Assembly: GCA_964636965.1 (NCBI GenBank)
Contig: CAZWST010000002.1
Span: forward strand, 12,344-76,343
DNA: 64,000 nt
DNA from: an uncultured Muribaculaceae bacterium
GTDB lineage: Bacteria > Bacillota_I > Bacilli_A > RF39 > UBA660
Direction: 5' to 3'
Under the pieces are notes generated by a model. The model made no database searches. It was not told the DNA's origin and saw only the letters and a program-made list of their open reading frames with translations. The position numbers were made by a program, and so were the translations under genes. Below, in pieces: positions 52,245 through 61,016 of this stretch (the first letter of the stretch is position 1; each line of letters opens with the position of its first letter).

Positions 52245-52808
52245 TCATTGAGTCTCCTTAATATATTTAATAAAATCACACACTTGATCCTCTATATCAA
52301 GTGTCGTATCAATGACGAAATCAACTAATTCATCAGGTACTAATGGAATAGTACTCTTCATTCTTAAATATGTCTCAAATGGTGCAGCAGAAAAATTAAC
52401 CCCATCCAATTTCCTTTTACTAACACGAGATTTTATAACATCTTCCGGACATTTAAGCCTTATTACATAATATTTAAAGCCAAGATCTTTAATATATTTC
52501 AATTTAGTTTCATAATTATGAGAAAAAGAACAATCCCATATACAATTATTATGATGCTTATAAAGAAGTTTTAATCTCATATATTGAAGTTCATCTTTTA
52601 GGTTTGTATTGTCGTGTATATCATCAATATAACGTCTCACTTCATCATTGTTTAAAATAACAACATCTAAATGTTCAGCAATTATGAGTGAAACAGTACT
52701 CTTTCCCATACCAGAATAAGCATCAAATAATATTATATAAGGTTTATCTGAAGTACCTTCAGGTATTGGAAATTTTGTTAAAAAATCATTTTTAATATCT
52801 TCAGTCAA
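52245..52808 (-). CDS. P-loop ATPase/kinase (AAA_33 or zeta-like)
   Basis: Walker A motif YSGMGKST. Confidence 0.5.
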   Translation of the reverse strand: MTEDIKNDFLTKFPIPEGTSDKPYIILFDAYSGMGKSTVSLIIAEHLDVVILNNDEVRRYIDDIHDNTNLKDELQYMRLKLLYKHHNNCIWDCSFSHNYETKLKYIKDLGFKYYVIRLKCPEDVIKSRVSKRKLDGVNFSAAPFETYLRMKSTIPLVPDELVDFVIDTTLDIEDQVCDFIKYIKETQ

Positions 52809-52809
52809 A

Positions 52810-53430
52810 TCAATTCTTCTTTCTTAAATAATAAACTAGTTGTTCATTTCCAAGTTCTGTATCAGCATCTTCAACAATTGTACTTGATGATATTATGTTC
52901 AACCCAGTTTTATAGAATACCTCTTCAATTTCTTTCTTCGTATAAAAGTTAACAAATTCTTTTATAGAAGGTTCTAATGGTTCTAAAACATATTTTTCTC
53001 CATCGCCCTCTAGAAGTATTATAAATATTACGCCATCATCTTTTAACAATCTAGAAACATTTTTAAATAGTTCTAGCATATTCTTTTTTTCAATATGAAT
53101 AGTTGAATTAATAAACATTATTCCATCGTACTTTTTATTTATTTTTAAATCAAGCATATCCATCACTTGAAAATTAACATTAGGTACTTTTGATTTAGCA
53201 ATATTAATAAATTCAGACGAGATATCAATTCCATCAACATTAAATCCTTTATCACTTATATACTTAGTAAAACTTCCCATAGCACAACCAATATCTAAAA
53301 CGTCTTCCCCCCTAATTAAAGAAGCAAATTTGTCCATTTCTTCATTGTAAGGCATATCTGTCCATAAAGCTCCATCATATAAATGAGCTATTTTATTATA
53401 TACATCTTTAATTTCTTCACTTACACTCAT
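52810..53430 (-). CDS. class I SAM-dependent methyltransferase
   Basis: Motif I VLDIGCAMGSF, with the downstream acidic residue DGIDIS. Confidence 0.8.
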   Translation of the reverse strand: MSVSEEIKDVYNKIAHLYDGALWTDMPYNEEMDKFASLIRGEDVLDIGCAMGSFTKYISDKGFNVDGIDISSEFINIAKSKVPNVNFQVMDMLDLKINKKYDGIMFINSTIHIEKKNMLELFKNVSRLLKDDGVIFIILLEGDGEKYVLEPLEPSIKEFVNFYTKKEIEEVFYKTGLNIISSSTIVEDADTELGNEQLVYYLRKKN

Positions 53431-53431
53431 A

Positions 53432-54031
53432 TTATTCTCCTTTTATAATATCCATATCTTTTATTTTATTAAATATAGGAACATTTTCTTTATAGCTCTT
53501 TGGTGAGATGGGACTAGGGTGATATATAGGTAGTACACTAAAATCATTTACCTTATATATGTTCCCAACTACTTCAGAAAACTTATCAAACTTAAAATCA
53601 AGTATAGATCTAGTTGGTGCATCTCCTAACGTAATAATAAGTTTAGGCTTTAATATTTCTAGTTGACGCATCATAAAACATTTACAATTCTTAGAACAAA
53701 TCTTTAAATTATTTCTTTTAATCGGATAGCATTTAACTGCTTCAATAAATGTTATATCAAAAATACTTTTACCAATAAAGTCAAAAAGCTTCTGTAATAC
53801 TTTTCCACTCGGTAAAACTTTACCATTAACATCTTTCCATAACATATGACTTTTTCTCCATCCATTATTTGCTGGAGCTTCACCTATTAATACAATATCA
53901 TTATTACTTCCTAAATATACTGTTCTATCATTTAAAAACTTTTCAACTAGGTCATTGCATAAATTACAGTTATATATTTCATTATCAATTATTTTTAACA
54001 ACTGGTAATTATCCATGTTACATCTCTCCAT
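53432..54031 (-). CDS. uracil-DNA glycosylase superfamily protein (family 4-like)
   Basis: CNLCNDL, LIGEAPANNGW, VKCYP, ITLGDAP and IYHPSP. Confidence 0.65.
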   Translation of the reverse strand: MERCNMDNYQLLKIIDNEIYNCNLCNDLVEKFLNDRTVYLGSNNDIVLIGEAPANNGWRKSHMLWKDVNGKVLPSGKVLQKLFDFIGKSIFDITFIEAVKCYPIKRNNLKICSKNCKCFMMRQLEILKPKLIITLGDAPTRSILDFKFDKFSEVVGNIYKVNDFSVLPIYHPSPISPKSYKENVPIFNKIKDMDIIKGE

Positions 54032-54061
54032 ATAACTATTAAAAGTATATCAAAATAAATA

Positions 54062-54418
54062 CTAAATATCATCTTTATTTATAAAATTAACTCCAATATA
54101 ACATACATTATCTAAAGATGAGAAATTAACAATAAGATTTCTGTGTCCATAAGAAGCAGTAACAACTGGAAGAGATTTTTGTTCATCAGTTAATTCACCA
54201 AATATACATCCCTGAATATTACCAGTTTCTTTAATACTAGTAAAAGAAAGACATTCATGACATTTTAAAACATTATAATAATTTATTCTATTATTTAAAA
54301 GTGTAACTTTCAAAAGACAATGCTCACTAAAACTACACTTATGTTTTCTTTTTCCTTTTTGAATCCAGGTTGTTTCGTTTTTATATATTTTTCTTAATGC
54401 AAGATTCCCACTTCCCAT
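54062..54418 (-). CDS. hypothetical Cys-rich protein (118 aa)
   Basis: ORF only. Confidence 0.35.
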   Translation of the reverse strand: MGSGNLALRKIYKNETTWIQKGKRKHKCSFSEHCLLKVTLLNNRINYYNVLKCHECLSFTSIKETGNIQGCIFGELTDEQKSLPVVTASYGHRNLIVNFSSLDNVCYIGVNFINKDDI

Positions 54419-54541
54419 AAATATCTTCTTTCTATTTTTTCTTTTTTTGATATATTCTCAACTACCCATAATTATAACAAATTTAAATAGTTATTTAAAT
54501 GTTGGACAAGGATATTTAATTTAGAGATGTTTTTATCTAAT

Positions 54542-54567
54542 AAAAAATCAGCCTTATTTCGGGCTGA
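54542..54567 (-). terminator. intrinsic terminator after ssrA
   Basis: TCAGCC-CGAAATAA-GGCTGA is followed by TTTTTT on the minus strand. Confidence 0.55.
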
Positions 54568-54610
54568 ATATATATATATATAATTCGAATATCTCGATTA
54601 AAATCATAAA

Positions 54611-54968
54611 TGGTGGAGACGAGCGGAGTCGAACCGCTGTCCAAGTTACTCTTCTAAATAGCGTCTACAAGTTTAGTTAGAAATTAATTGTTCATAAATG
54701 ATATAAGCTTCTAACAAACAAATCATTTACTATCTTATTAGTATTCATCTACATCATATAAGAACTAATATAGATATATTCCATATATATGAACCGAATA
54801 TTTTAACTATGGAAGAATTAAAACATCAGCTCTCCTTGCTAATTATTAAGCAAATACTGGAGAAAAATTAAATTTATTGTCAGTTAATTTTAAATTTTTG
54901 CTACTTAGGGTTTGCTACCACTTGCAACTAAGTCAAGACTATAACCTGTCGAAACCAATTACGTCCCC
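54611..54968 (-). ncRNA. ssrA: tmRNA (SsrA), 358 nt
   Basis: The 5' end is GGGGACGTAATTGGTTTCGACAGG and the 3' end is GGTTCGACTCCGCTCGTCTCCACCA. The candidate tag reading frame at 54846-54881 encodes DNKFNFSPVFA followed by a stop. Confidence 0.9.
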
Positions 54969-54981
54969 ATTTACATAGTTA

Positions 54982-55010
54982 ATAATAACATAATTTAAGT
55001 TTATTCGCAA
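54982..55010 (-). promoter_or_regulatory. candidate ssrA promoter
   Basis: -35 TTGCGA, a 17-nt spacer ending in TGT, and -10 TATTAT. It lies 13 nt upstream of the mature 5' end. Confidence 0.4.
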
Positions 55011-55039
55011 GAAAGCTAAAATAAAAAAAGAATAGATAA

Positions 55040-55327
55040 CTATTCTTCCTCATCTCCCATATCTATTATTAATTCACCATCTTTAGTAAATAAATACTTT
55101 TCACGTGCATACTTAGCAACATACTCAGGATCTTGTAACTTTACAACTTGTCCTTCCAAAGATTCTTCATTTTCAAGTAATTCATTATATTTTTCTTCTA
55201 AATCATTTTTGGTCTTTCTATTATTTAAAATCTGTTTCCATGTGCCAAAGCATGATAAAGATAAAACTGCACCTATACTAATTAAAAGTCCTAAATAAAT
55301 AAGTAATCTAAGTCTATATTTTTTCAT
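55040..55327 (-). CDS. divIC: septum formation initiator (DivIC/FtsB family)
   Basis: 95 aa. N-terminal TM segment, a coiled coil, and DPEYVAKYAREKY. Sits in the yabP-yabQ-divIC synteny. Confidence 0.75.
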   Translation of the reverse strand: MKKYRLRLLIYLGLLISIGAVLSLSCFGTWKQILNNRKTKNDLEEKYNELLENEESLEGQVVKLQDPEYVAKYAREKYLFTKDGELIIDMGDEEE

Positions 55328-55362
55328 AGCCTAGCATCTCCTTTATAATAGTATACTAAACT

Positions 55363-55635
55363 TTATTTATCTTTACACTTGTTTTTCTTATTTAACCTTT
55401 TATTTACATGTATTTTTACAACATATGCTATGTAAACAGAATATAAAACATCTAAAATAACATATTCATTAAAAATAAAATAATTATAAATATAACAAAC
55501 ATATGAAAATATTAAAGAAAAAATAATTATTAAGAGTAACTTTATAATTGGACCTCGATTATTATTTACCATAAAAAACAAAGATAGTACAAAAGAAATA
55601 ATAAATATTAAAACTAAATATATTAATTGGTTCAT
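55363..55635 (-). CDS. yabQ: spore cortex biosynthesis membrane protein YabQ-like
   Basis: Small protein with 3 TM segments between yabP and divIC. The call rests mainly on synteny. Confidence 0.5.
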   Translation of the reverse strand: MNQLIYLVLIFIISFVLSLFFMVNNNRGPIIKLLLIIIFSLIFSYVCYIYNYFIFNEYVILDVLYSVYIAYVVKIHVNKRLNKKNKCKDK

Positions 55636-55898
55636 TTAAATAATTTGGTGATCAATGACTCGTTTGATTTAATATTAGAATAGCTAATTGAATCAATAGA
55701 TCCTTTTATAGAAACATTTCCATCTATCGTATCTAGTTTAATCATTTCTAATTCTTCACCTTTAATTATAATATCGCCCATATTAGATTCTAATGCAAAT
55801 TGTTTATCATCAAAATTAATAATTCTTTTTATCCCGCTTATAATAATACTTTTTCTATCTACCATTTTTACAACATGATTCATACTTTGTGTTTCCAT
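55632..55898 (-). CDS. yabP: sporulation protein YabP
   Basis: ...ISGIKRIINFDDKQFALESNMGDIIIKGEELEMIKLD...VSIKG...ITKLFK matches the YabP family, including the KLFK end. Confidence 0.85.
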   Translation of the reverse strand: METQSMNHVVKMVDRKSIIISGIKRIINFDDKQFALESNMGDIIIKGEELEMIKLDTIDGNVSIKGSIDSISYSNIKSNESLITKLFK

Positions 55899-55956
55899 AA
55901 CATCCTCCTAATAAAATAGTATTACTATTCCAAAAAAAAATTCACGAAATCGTGAA

Positions 55957-56235
55957 TTATTCAGAAACTTCTGCGTTTTTTAACTCTTTTTCATATTCAG
56001 TTAAAATTGCATCAGTAAATATTTGACGTGCTTCTGGGTTAATTGGATGAGCTATATCTCTATATTCTCCAGGAGCAGTTTGTTTACTTGGCATTGCTAA
56101 GAATAAACCATTGTCTCCCTCAAGTATTCTTATATCATGTACAACAAATTGATTATCTATTGTCACAGATGCGAATCCTCTCATTTTGGAATTTTCCTTT
56201 TCAACTACACGTACACGTACATTTGTAATCTCCAT
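55957..56235 (-). CDS. spoVG: septation protein SpoVG
   Basis: MEITNVRVRVVEKENSKMRGFASVTIDNQFVVHDIRILEGDNGLFLAMPS. Confidence 0.95.
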   Translation of the reverse strand: MEITNVRVRVVEKENSKMRGFASVTIDNQFVVHDIRILEGDNGLFLAMPSKQTAPGEYRDIAHPINPEARQIFTDAILTEYEKELKNAEVSE

Positions 56236-56304
56236 CCTGTGTCACCTCTCTACTATAATATATTTTAATACATTTAAAATATAATTGCAATAAATTTTAT
56301 TTTT

Positions 56305-56838
56305 TTATCTAGGATAACCTACATACATCATCCCAGTTCCTAAAATGCCTCCTATTCCACTTTTTCCATATTTTGTTTTTGAAAGTAGTTCTTTTATGTC
56401 TATTTTTTTATCCCTTTCAGTTAAAGAAATATTAACAGCAATAACTGCGGGATCTAACGCATGTATATTAACTCTTTTTGGACTTGAAGCAAAATTTGCA
56501 CCACTCCTGATTAAATCTTCATAATCACTTTGACATGCTCCAGCAATAATTACTAATTTTTCATGGGATTTTTCATATTCACGAGCTTTTAAAATTGTAT
56601 CTCTAAAGTATTTAGAATTCTTATAATTATTGATATTGGTTTCATCACCGTTTTTTGAATCATATGCATCATGACCTGTAATAACCAAAATATCTGGTCT
56701 TGTTTCATTAAGAAGATCTTTAATTTTATCAGGCATTAAAGATTCTGGTAATTGTTTCCCTATTGCTAAGCAGTCACATTCTTTATAAAAATCTAAAGAT
56801 TTATTTAAATAATCAACATCACCATCTGCTGTCTTTTT
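56305..56838 (-). pseudogene. yabG: 3' segment of sporulation-specific protease gene yabG (peptidase U57), lacking its 5' third and any start codon
   Basis: RPDILVITGHDAY, IIAGACQS, ANFASSPKRVNIHALDP. The frame stays open and YabG-like (ADGDVDYLNKSLDFYK...) for 34 codons upstream of the track's ATG. It then hits a stop at 56839-56841 with no ATG, GTG or TTG in between. Confidence 0.75.
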
Positions 56839-56855
56839 TTATGTAACAAAAAAAG
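56833..56855. other. A/T palindrome at the yabG breakpoint; candidate serine-recombinase att junction
   Basis: CTTTTTTT-ATGTAAC-AAAAAAAG lies exactly where the YabG homology ends. Confidence 0.35.
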
Positions 56856-56914
56856 AAAAAATATAAAGATTTATTTTAACTTATATGCTATAATAAATAA
56901 AAGAAGGTGTTAGT

Positions 56915-57976
56915 GTGAAGAATTTAAAGGAGTTAATCGACGATAATAAGCCTGTAGCAATACTATCAATACTAACAATTATTGCAATTATTATCGGATT
57001 AGTATGTTTTGGAACTAAAACTATTGAAAAAACAACTGAAAAGAAAGTTTTAATGGATCAATCATACACAATGTATTTTAAGGAAAGTGCTGTAGTAAAA
57101 TTAACAATAAGGGAAAGTTACTATAAGTGTGGTAAAAATGTCTGCAGTGATTATGAAGATACAATATCTAGTTTTGATTTCATTAATGACGAAGCTAAAA
57201 ACATCTACGCAAACATTAATATTAAAAATAAAGATTTAGATGAAGCAATAAGCCTATTACTAAATGAAGCTAAAACTAAAAATCATAATATAGAGTCTTT
57301 AAGACTAATAAGTAACTGGAAAACAAGATATAGTGAAGAAGAGTTTAAAAAACTATTAAATAAATACCTAGGTGAAACACCTGCATTCCCAATCGTATTC
57401 GAATATCAAGAAAAAGTTGATGATCAAAGTGTTTTACAAGCAAATCCAGTTAAAACATATACTATAACTTTTGACAGTAATTTAGGAACTGCTGTTGATA
57501 CTCAAATAGTTAATGAAAATGAACTTGCAGTTGAACCAAACATTCCAACTAGAGAAGGTTACGACTTTGTAAGATGGCAATATAATGGTAGACCATTTAG
57601 TTTTGATACACCGATCACTAAAGACTATACATTAAGAGCCTCATGGAAGAAAAAACCTACTGTTTCAACAAAAACATCTACAACATCTACAACAAAAAAA
57701 CCTAATCAAAATAACAATAATAACGGAAATAATAACAACAACAATAATAATAACAATAACAACAATAATAACAATGGCAATGACAATAATGGTAATAACG
57801 GCGGAAGTGGTTCATCTGAACCTGAAAAACCTAGTGAGCCTGAAAAGCCAACTGAGCCTGCAAAACCAGCCGAACCTGAAAAACCTACAAAACCAGTAGA
57901 TAATGATAATAATGATGATAATGATGATAATCCAACTCCAGAAGATAGTGGAAATGATCAAAATGAAGCAAACTAA
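56915..57976 (+). CDS. membrane-anchored exported protein with a Listeria-Bacteroides (Flg_new) repeat domain, a poly-Asn tract and (EPEKP)n repeats
   Basis: GTG start after the RBS AAGGTG. TM segment near the N-terminus. YTITFDSNLGTAVDTQIV...EGYDFVRWQYNGRPF...TKDYTLRASW. Confidence 0.6.
   Translation: MKNLKELIDDNKPVAILSILTIIAIIIGLVCFGTKTIEKTTEKKVLMDQSYTMYFKESAVVKLTIRESYYKCGKNVCSDYEDTISSFDFINDEAKNIYANINIKNKDLDEAISLLLNEAKTKNHNIESLRLISNWKTRYSEEEFKKLLNKYLGETPAFPIVFEYQEKVDDQSVLQANPVKTYTITFDSNLGTAVDTQIVNENELAVEPNIPTREGYDFVRWQYNGRPFSFDTPITKDYTLRASWKKKPTVSTKTSTTSTTKKPNQNNNNNGNNNNNNNNNNNNNNNNGNDNNGNNGGSGSSEPEKPSEPEKPTEPAKPAEPEKPTKPVDNDNNDDNDDNPTPEDSGNDQNEAN
57704..57800 (+). repeat. AAY trinucleotide-rich tract encoding poly-Asn
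   Basis: Encodes NQNNNNNGNNNNNNNNNNNNNNNGNDNNGNN. Confidence 0.8.
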
Positions 57977-58000
57977 AAAGGCTATTTAAAAGCCTTTTTT
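57975..58000. terminator. bidirectional hairpin between the convergent gene 56915..57976 and the recombinase gene
   Basis: AAAGGCT-ATTTAAA-AGCCTTT is flanked by A and T runs. Confidence 0.5.
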
Positions 58001-59361
58001 ATATTATAATAAATTTTAATCGAATCAAATATTTCTACTCTCTTAATACAATTAATCTCAAAAATATTGAAAGAATAACTACTAATTGCAGTTCTAACAT
58101 CAAAAGAGTTTAAATATTTAATCACACTATCATTTATATTATATGTACGATTTAATTTATCAAGATTCTTATAGAATAATTCTAAAGAAATAGCATAAGA
58201 ACATTTTTTCTTATATAGTTCTTTATATTTTAATATATAATTATTTTTACTCTCTATAAATAATTTTAATTTATCATTTATATACTCAATTAATCTAGTT
58301 TCAGTATTTTCTTTAATCATATTAATTTTTTCTTCATTTAATATTAAATAAAAATTATAACTAATTAAATTTTTTAATTTAGAAAAAGTAATTGTCTTAT
58401 TACAATTAATACATTTATAATAAAACTGACATTTATTATTCTTGAATCGCTTATAAAATTTCATTTCTAATTTACATTTACTACAACAAACAGGAAACGT
58501 TAATTTTTTTTCACACTTTATTAAGTCATGTTCTTGATAACTTTTTAACATAGAATTAGCGATTAAAAAATCATCTTCGCTTATTATTGCAGGAAAGACA
58601 TTATTAATATATTCGTAATTTCTCTCTCTTATATATTTACGCGATTTATCTTTATAACTATTCTTTATTGACTTTCTAACTATTAAATCACCTTTATATA
58701 GAGCATTTTTAAGCGTTTTACGAACCTTTTTATAATTCCATAATGAAATATGCGGATTATTTAAATAATCTTCTATTTCATTTAAATGATTAACAATTGA
58801 AGTAATAGAATTACCACTAATAAATTTCTTAAATATTAATCTTATTATCGAGGCTTCTTTTTCATTAATTATTAAAGTTCTTATGGAATCAATATATACA
58901 ATATTATAACCAAAAGGCGCTTTTGGACCAATATATTCGTGATTAACAGTCTTTAAATAGGAAATATTCTTTCTCTTAATAGATGCATCTTTTACATACA
59001 ATTCATTAATTAATGTTTTAATATGCATAATAGATTCACTATAATTATCTTCAATCGAGATTAGTTTTATATTATATTTACTAAATAACTCCTCAATATA
59101 ATAACATGTTTCAAAAAAAGATCTTCCCAAACGAGAAATATCTTTAACAATTATTATTCTAACCATTTTATTAAGTATATATTCTTTTAATTCGTTAAAT
59201 GCTTTTCTATTATAAGTAATACCACTTACTCCATCATCAATAAATATACGGTCTAACTTATAATTATTATTAATACAATAGCTTTTTATTAAATTTATTT
59301 GATTTATAATACTTAAACTTTTATTTTCTTTAACGCTTATTCTTACATATCCAACTATCAT
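57982..59361 (-). CDS. large serine recombinase (459 aa)
   Basis: Resolvase catalytic domain GYVRISV...IINQ...DDGVSG...VKDISRLGRSF. Cys-rich zinc-ribbon region CCSKCK...CINCNK. Confidence 0.9.
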   Translation of the reverse strand: MIVGYVRISVKENKSLSIINQINLIKSYCINNNYKLDRIFIDDGVSGITYNRKAFNELKEYILNKMVRIIIVKDISRLGRSFFETCYYIEELFSKYNIKLISIEDNYSESIMHIKTLINELYVKDASIKRKNISYLKTVNHEYIGPKAPFGYNIVYIDSIRTLIINEKEASIIRLIFKKFISGNSITSIVNHLNEIEDYLNNPHISLWNYKKVRKTLKNALYKGDLIVRKSIKNSYKDKSRKYIRERNYEYINNVFPAIISEDDFLIANSMLKSYQEHDLIKCEKKLTFPVCCSKCKLEMKFYKRFKNNKCQFYYKCINCNKTITFSKLKNLISYNFYLILNEEKINMIKENTETRLIEYINDKLKLFIESKNNYILKYKELYKKKCSYAISLELFYKNLDKLNRTYNINDSVIKYLNSFDVRTAISSYSFNIFEINCIKRVEIFDSIKIYYNIKKAFK

Positions 59362-60827
59362 TGAAAATAAAACCTATAATAAATATATACATTTTTATGT
59401 TTATCAATGGATATCTTATTAATAAGTGAAGAGTATATATATTTATCATCCAAATTCATAAATTTATTATAAATAAAATCCATTTTATTTATTAATGAAT
59501 CTTTCACTTTTTTCATTTTATTTAATTTATACTTCTTTTCTTTTATTTCTTCTTCAATACTACTTCTTAATAAGAGATAATCATTATCAGTTATAATCCC
59601 ATTTATTTTATCTTTATATAATGAAACTAACAATTCTTTTTCATCTTCTAACAAAGAGTTAGACTTAAAAACATCTTCACTCATTAACTTTTCTTCTATA
59701 ATTTTATTAAGAATCTTAAAGAATGTAGTTTTATTTAAAAAACTTGATAAGGATGTTTTTATCAATTCATTAAGTTTATCTTCTCTAAAATAATGCATTG
59801 AACATTTTTTACCATTATTCTTAGCATAAGTACTACAACAATATATAACTCCTGATTTAGTTTTCCTTACAAACATATTTTTATTACAATCTCTACATTT
59901 TACTAATCCTTTCAAAAGATAATCATATTTCTTATGTCTTATAATTTCATTTTTTTTATTAACACTTTTAAAGAGATCCTCATCAATAATAGCTGGATGA
60001 TTATCTGATATCTGTATCCATTCTTTTTCATCTAAAAGTTTTCTTTTAATAGACTTCAAGCTTACTCTTTCATATCTTCTTTGACGCATTAGACCAACGT
60101 ATACAGGATTTCTTAAAATATAATTTATAGATGAAGATGTCCAAGAAGATTTATTTATTTTTCCTCTATTATTATAAATATTGGGAGGTGCTATTTTTCT
60201 TTTAGTTAAAGCTCTCGCAATTAAAGATGCATTCATTCCACTATTGGACATCCTAAATATATCTTTCACTACAAAAGAAGCATTATTATCTATTTCTAAT
60301 ACTCTCGAATCTTTTAAACTTCTTTTATACCCATATGGTACAGTACTCCCCATAAAATACCCTTTTCGCATTAGCTCATGCCTAGATGATTTAATTTTTG
60401 TAGAAATATCTTTTAAGTACATATCATTTAAAACTGTTTTAAAAGGTATTATATCGTCACTTATCGATGGTATATATGAATCATACTGATCAAGTATAGC
60501 GATATATCTTACGTTATTTTCAGGAAACACTTTATATATATAATTGCTTGTACCAAGAAAGTCTCTACCTAGTCTTGATATATCTTTTGTAATAACTAAA
60601 TTAATAATATGTGCATCAATATCAGCAAGCATTCTTTTAAAAGCCGGACGATTAAAATTACCACCTGAATAACCATCATCCACATAATACTTAACTATTT
60701 CAATATTATTCTTTATACAATAATCATTTATTACATTCTTTTGATTTATAATACTTGTGCTATCTTCATTGCTCTTACTTTCAGAAACAGAAATACGTGC
60801 ATATACACCAGCCTTAAATATTTCCAT
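59358..60827 (-). CDS. large serine recombinase (489 aa)
   Basis: VYARISV...IINQ...DDGYSGGNFNRPAF...TKDISRLGRDF. Zinc ribbon CRDCNK...CCS...C. The stop overlaps the next recombinase start (ATGA). Confidence 0.9.
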   Translation of the reverse strand: MEIFKAGVYARISVSESKSNEDSTSIINQKNVINDYCIKNNIEIVKYYVDDGYSGGNFNRPAFKRMLADIDAHIINLVITKDISRLGRDFLGTSNYIYKVFPENNVRYIAILDQYDSYIPSISDDIIPFKTVLNDMYLKDISTKIKSSRHELMRKGYFMGSTVPYGYKRSLKDSRVLEIDNNASFVVKDIFRMSNSGMNASLIARALTKRKIAPPNIYNNRGKINKSSWTSSSINYILRNPVYVGLMRQRRYERVSLKSIKRKLLDEKEWIQISDNHPAIIDEDLFKSVNKKNEIIRHKKYDYLLKGLVKCRDCNKNMFVRKTKSGVIYCCSTYAKNNGKKCSMHYFREDKLNELIKTSLSSFLNKTTFFKILNKIIEEKLMSEDVFKSNSLLEDEKELLVSLYKDKINGIITDNDYLLLRSSIEEEIKEKKYKLNKMKKVKDSLINKMDFIYNKFMNLDDKYIYSSLINKISIDKHKNVYIYYRFYFQ

Positions 60828-60936
60828 TATCTATTTTTTCCCTTATATAATTATAAAGTATCTCTTCAATCAATTCCTCAAGGCTTTTTCCATCTTCATT
60901 AAATATATTTATAACTTCTGACTTTTTATTTTTCAT
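60814..60936 (-). CDS. 40-codon ORF overlapping the recombinase start (possible accessory or directionality factor)
   Basis: My own translation is MKNKKSEVINIFNEDGKSLEELIEEILYNYIREKIDNGNI. RBS GAGGA. Its stop overlaps the ATG of the 489-aa recombinase. Confidence 0.4.
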   Translation of the reverse strand: MKNKKSEVINIFNEDGKSLEELIEEILYNYIREKIDNGNI

Positions 60937-60981
60937 AAATATCCTCACAAATATATATGAATTAACGAACAATTTAAGAAT

Positions 60982-61010
60982 AAAAAAACTAGTTAGAATA
61001 ATCTAACTAG
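60982..61010 (-). terminator. intrinsic terminator after the repeat surface-protein gene
   Basis: CTAGTTAG-ATTATT-CTAACTAG is followed by TTTTTTT on the minus strand. Confidence 0.6.
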
Positions 61011-61016
61011 CTTCTT

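Noticed and set aside
54568-54582. A (TA)7 microsatellite between the ssrA 3' end and its terminator.
   Set aside because: It is short and common in AT-rich intergenic DNA, and no functional inference is possible.
52134-54610. A genomic island integrated at the ssrA 3' end.
   Set aside because: There is no integrase. I can see no direct repeat of the ssrA 3' end at the distal border. It is kept only as a low-confidence context note in the findings.
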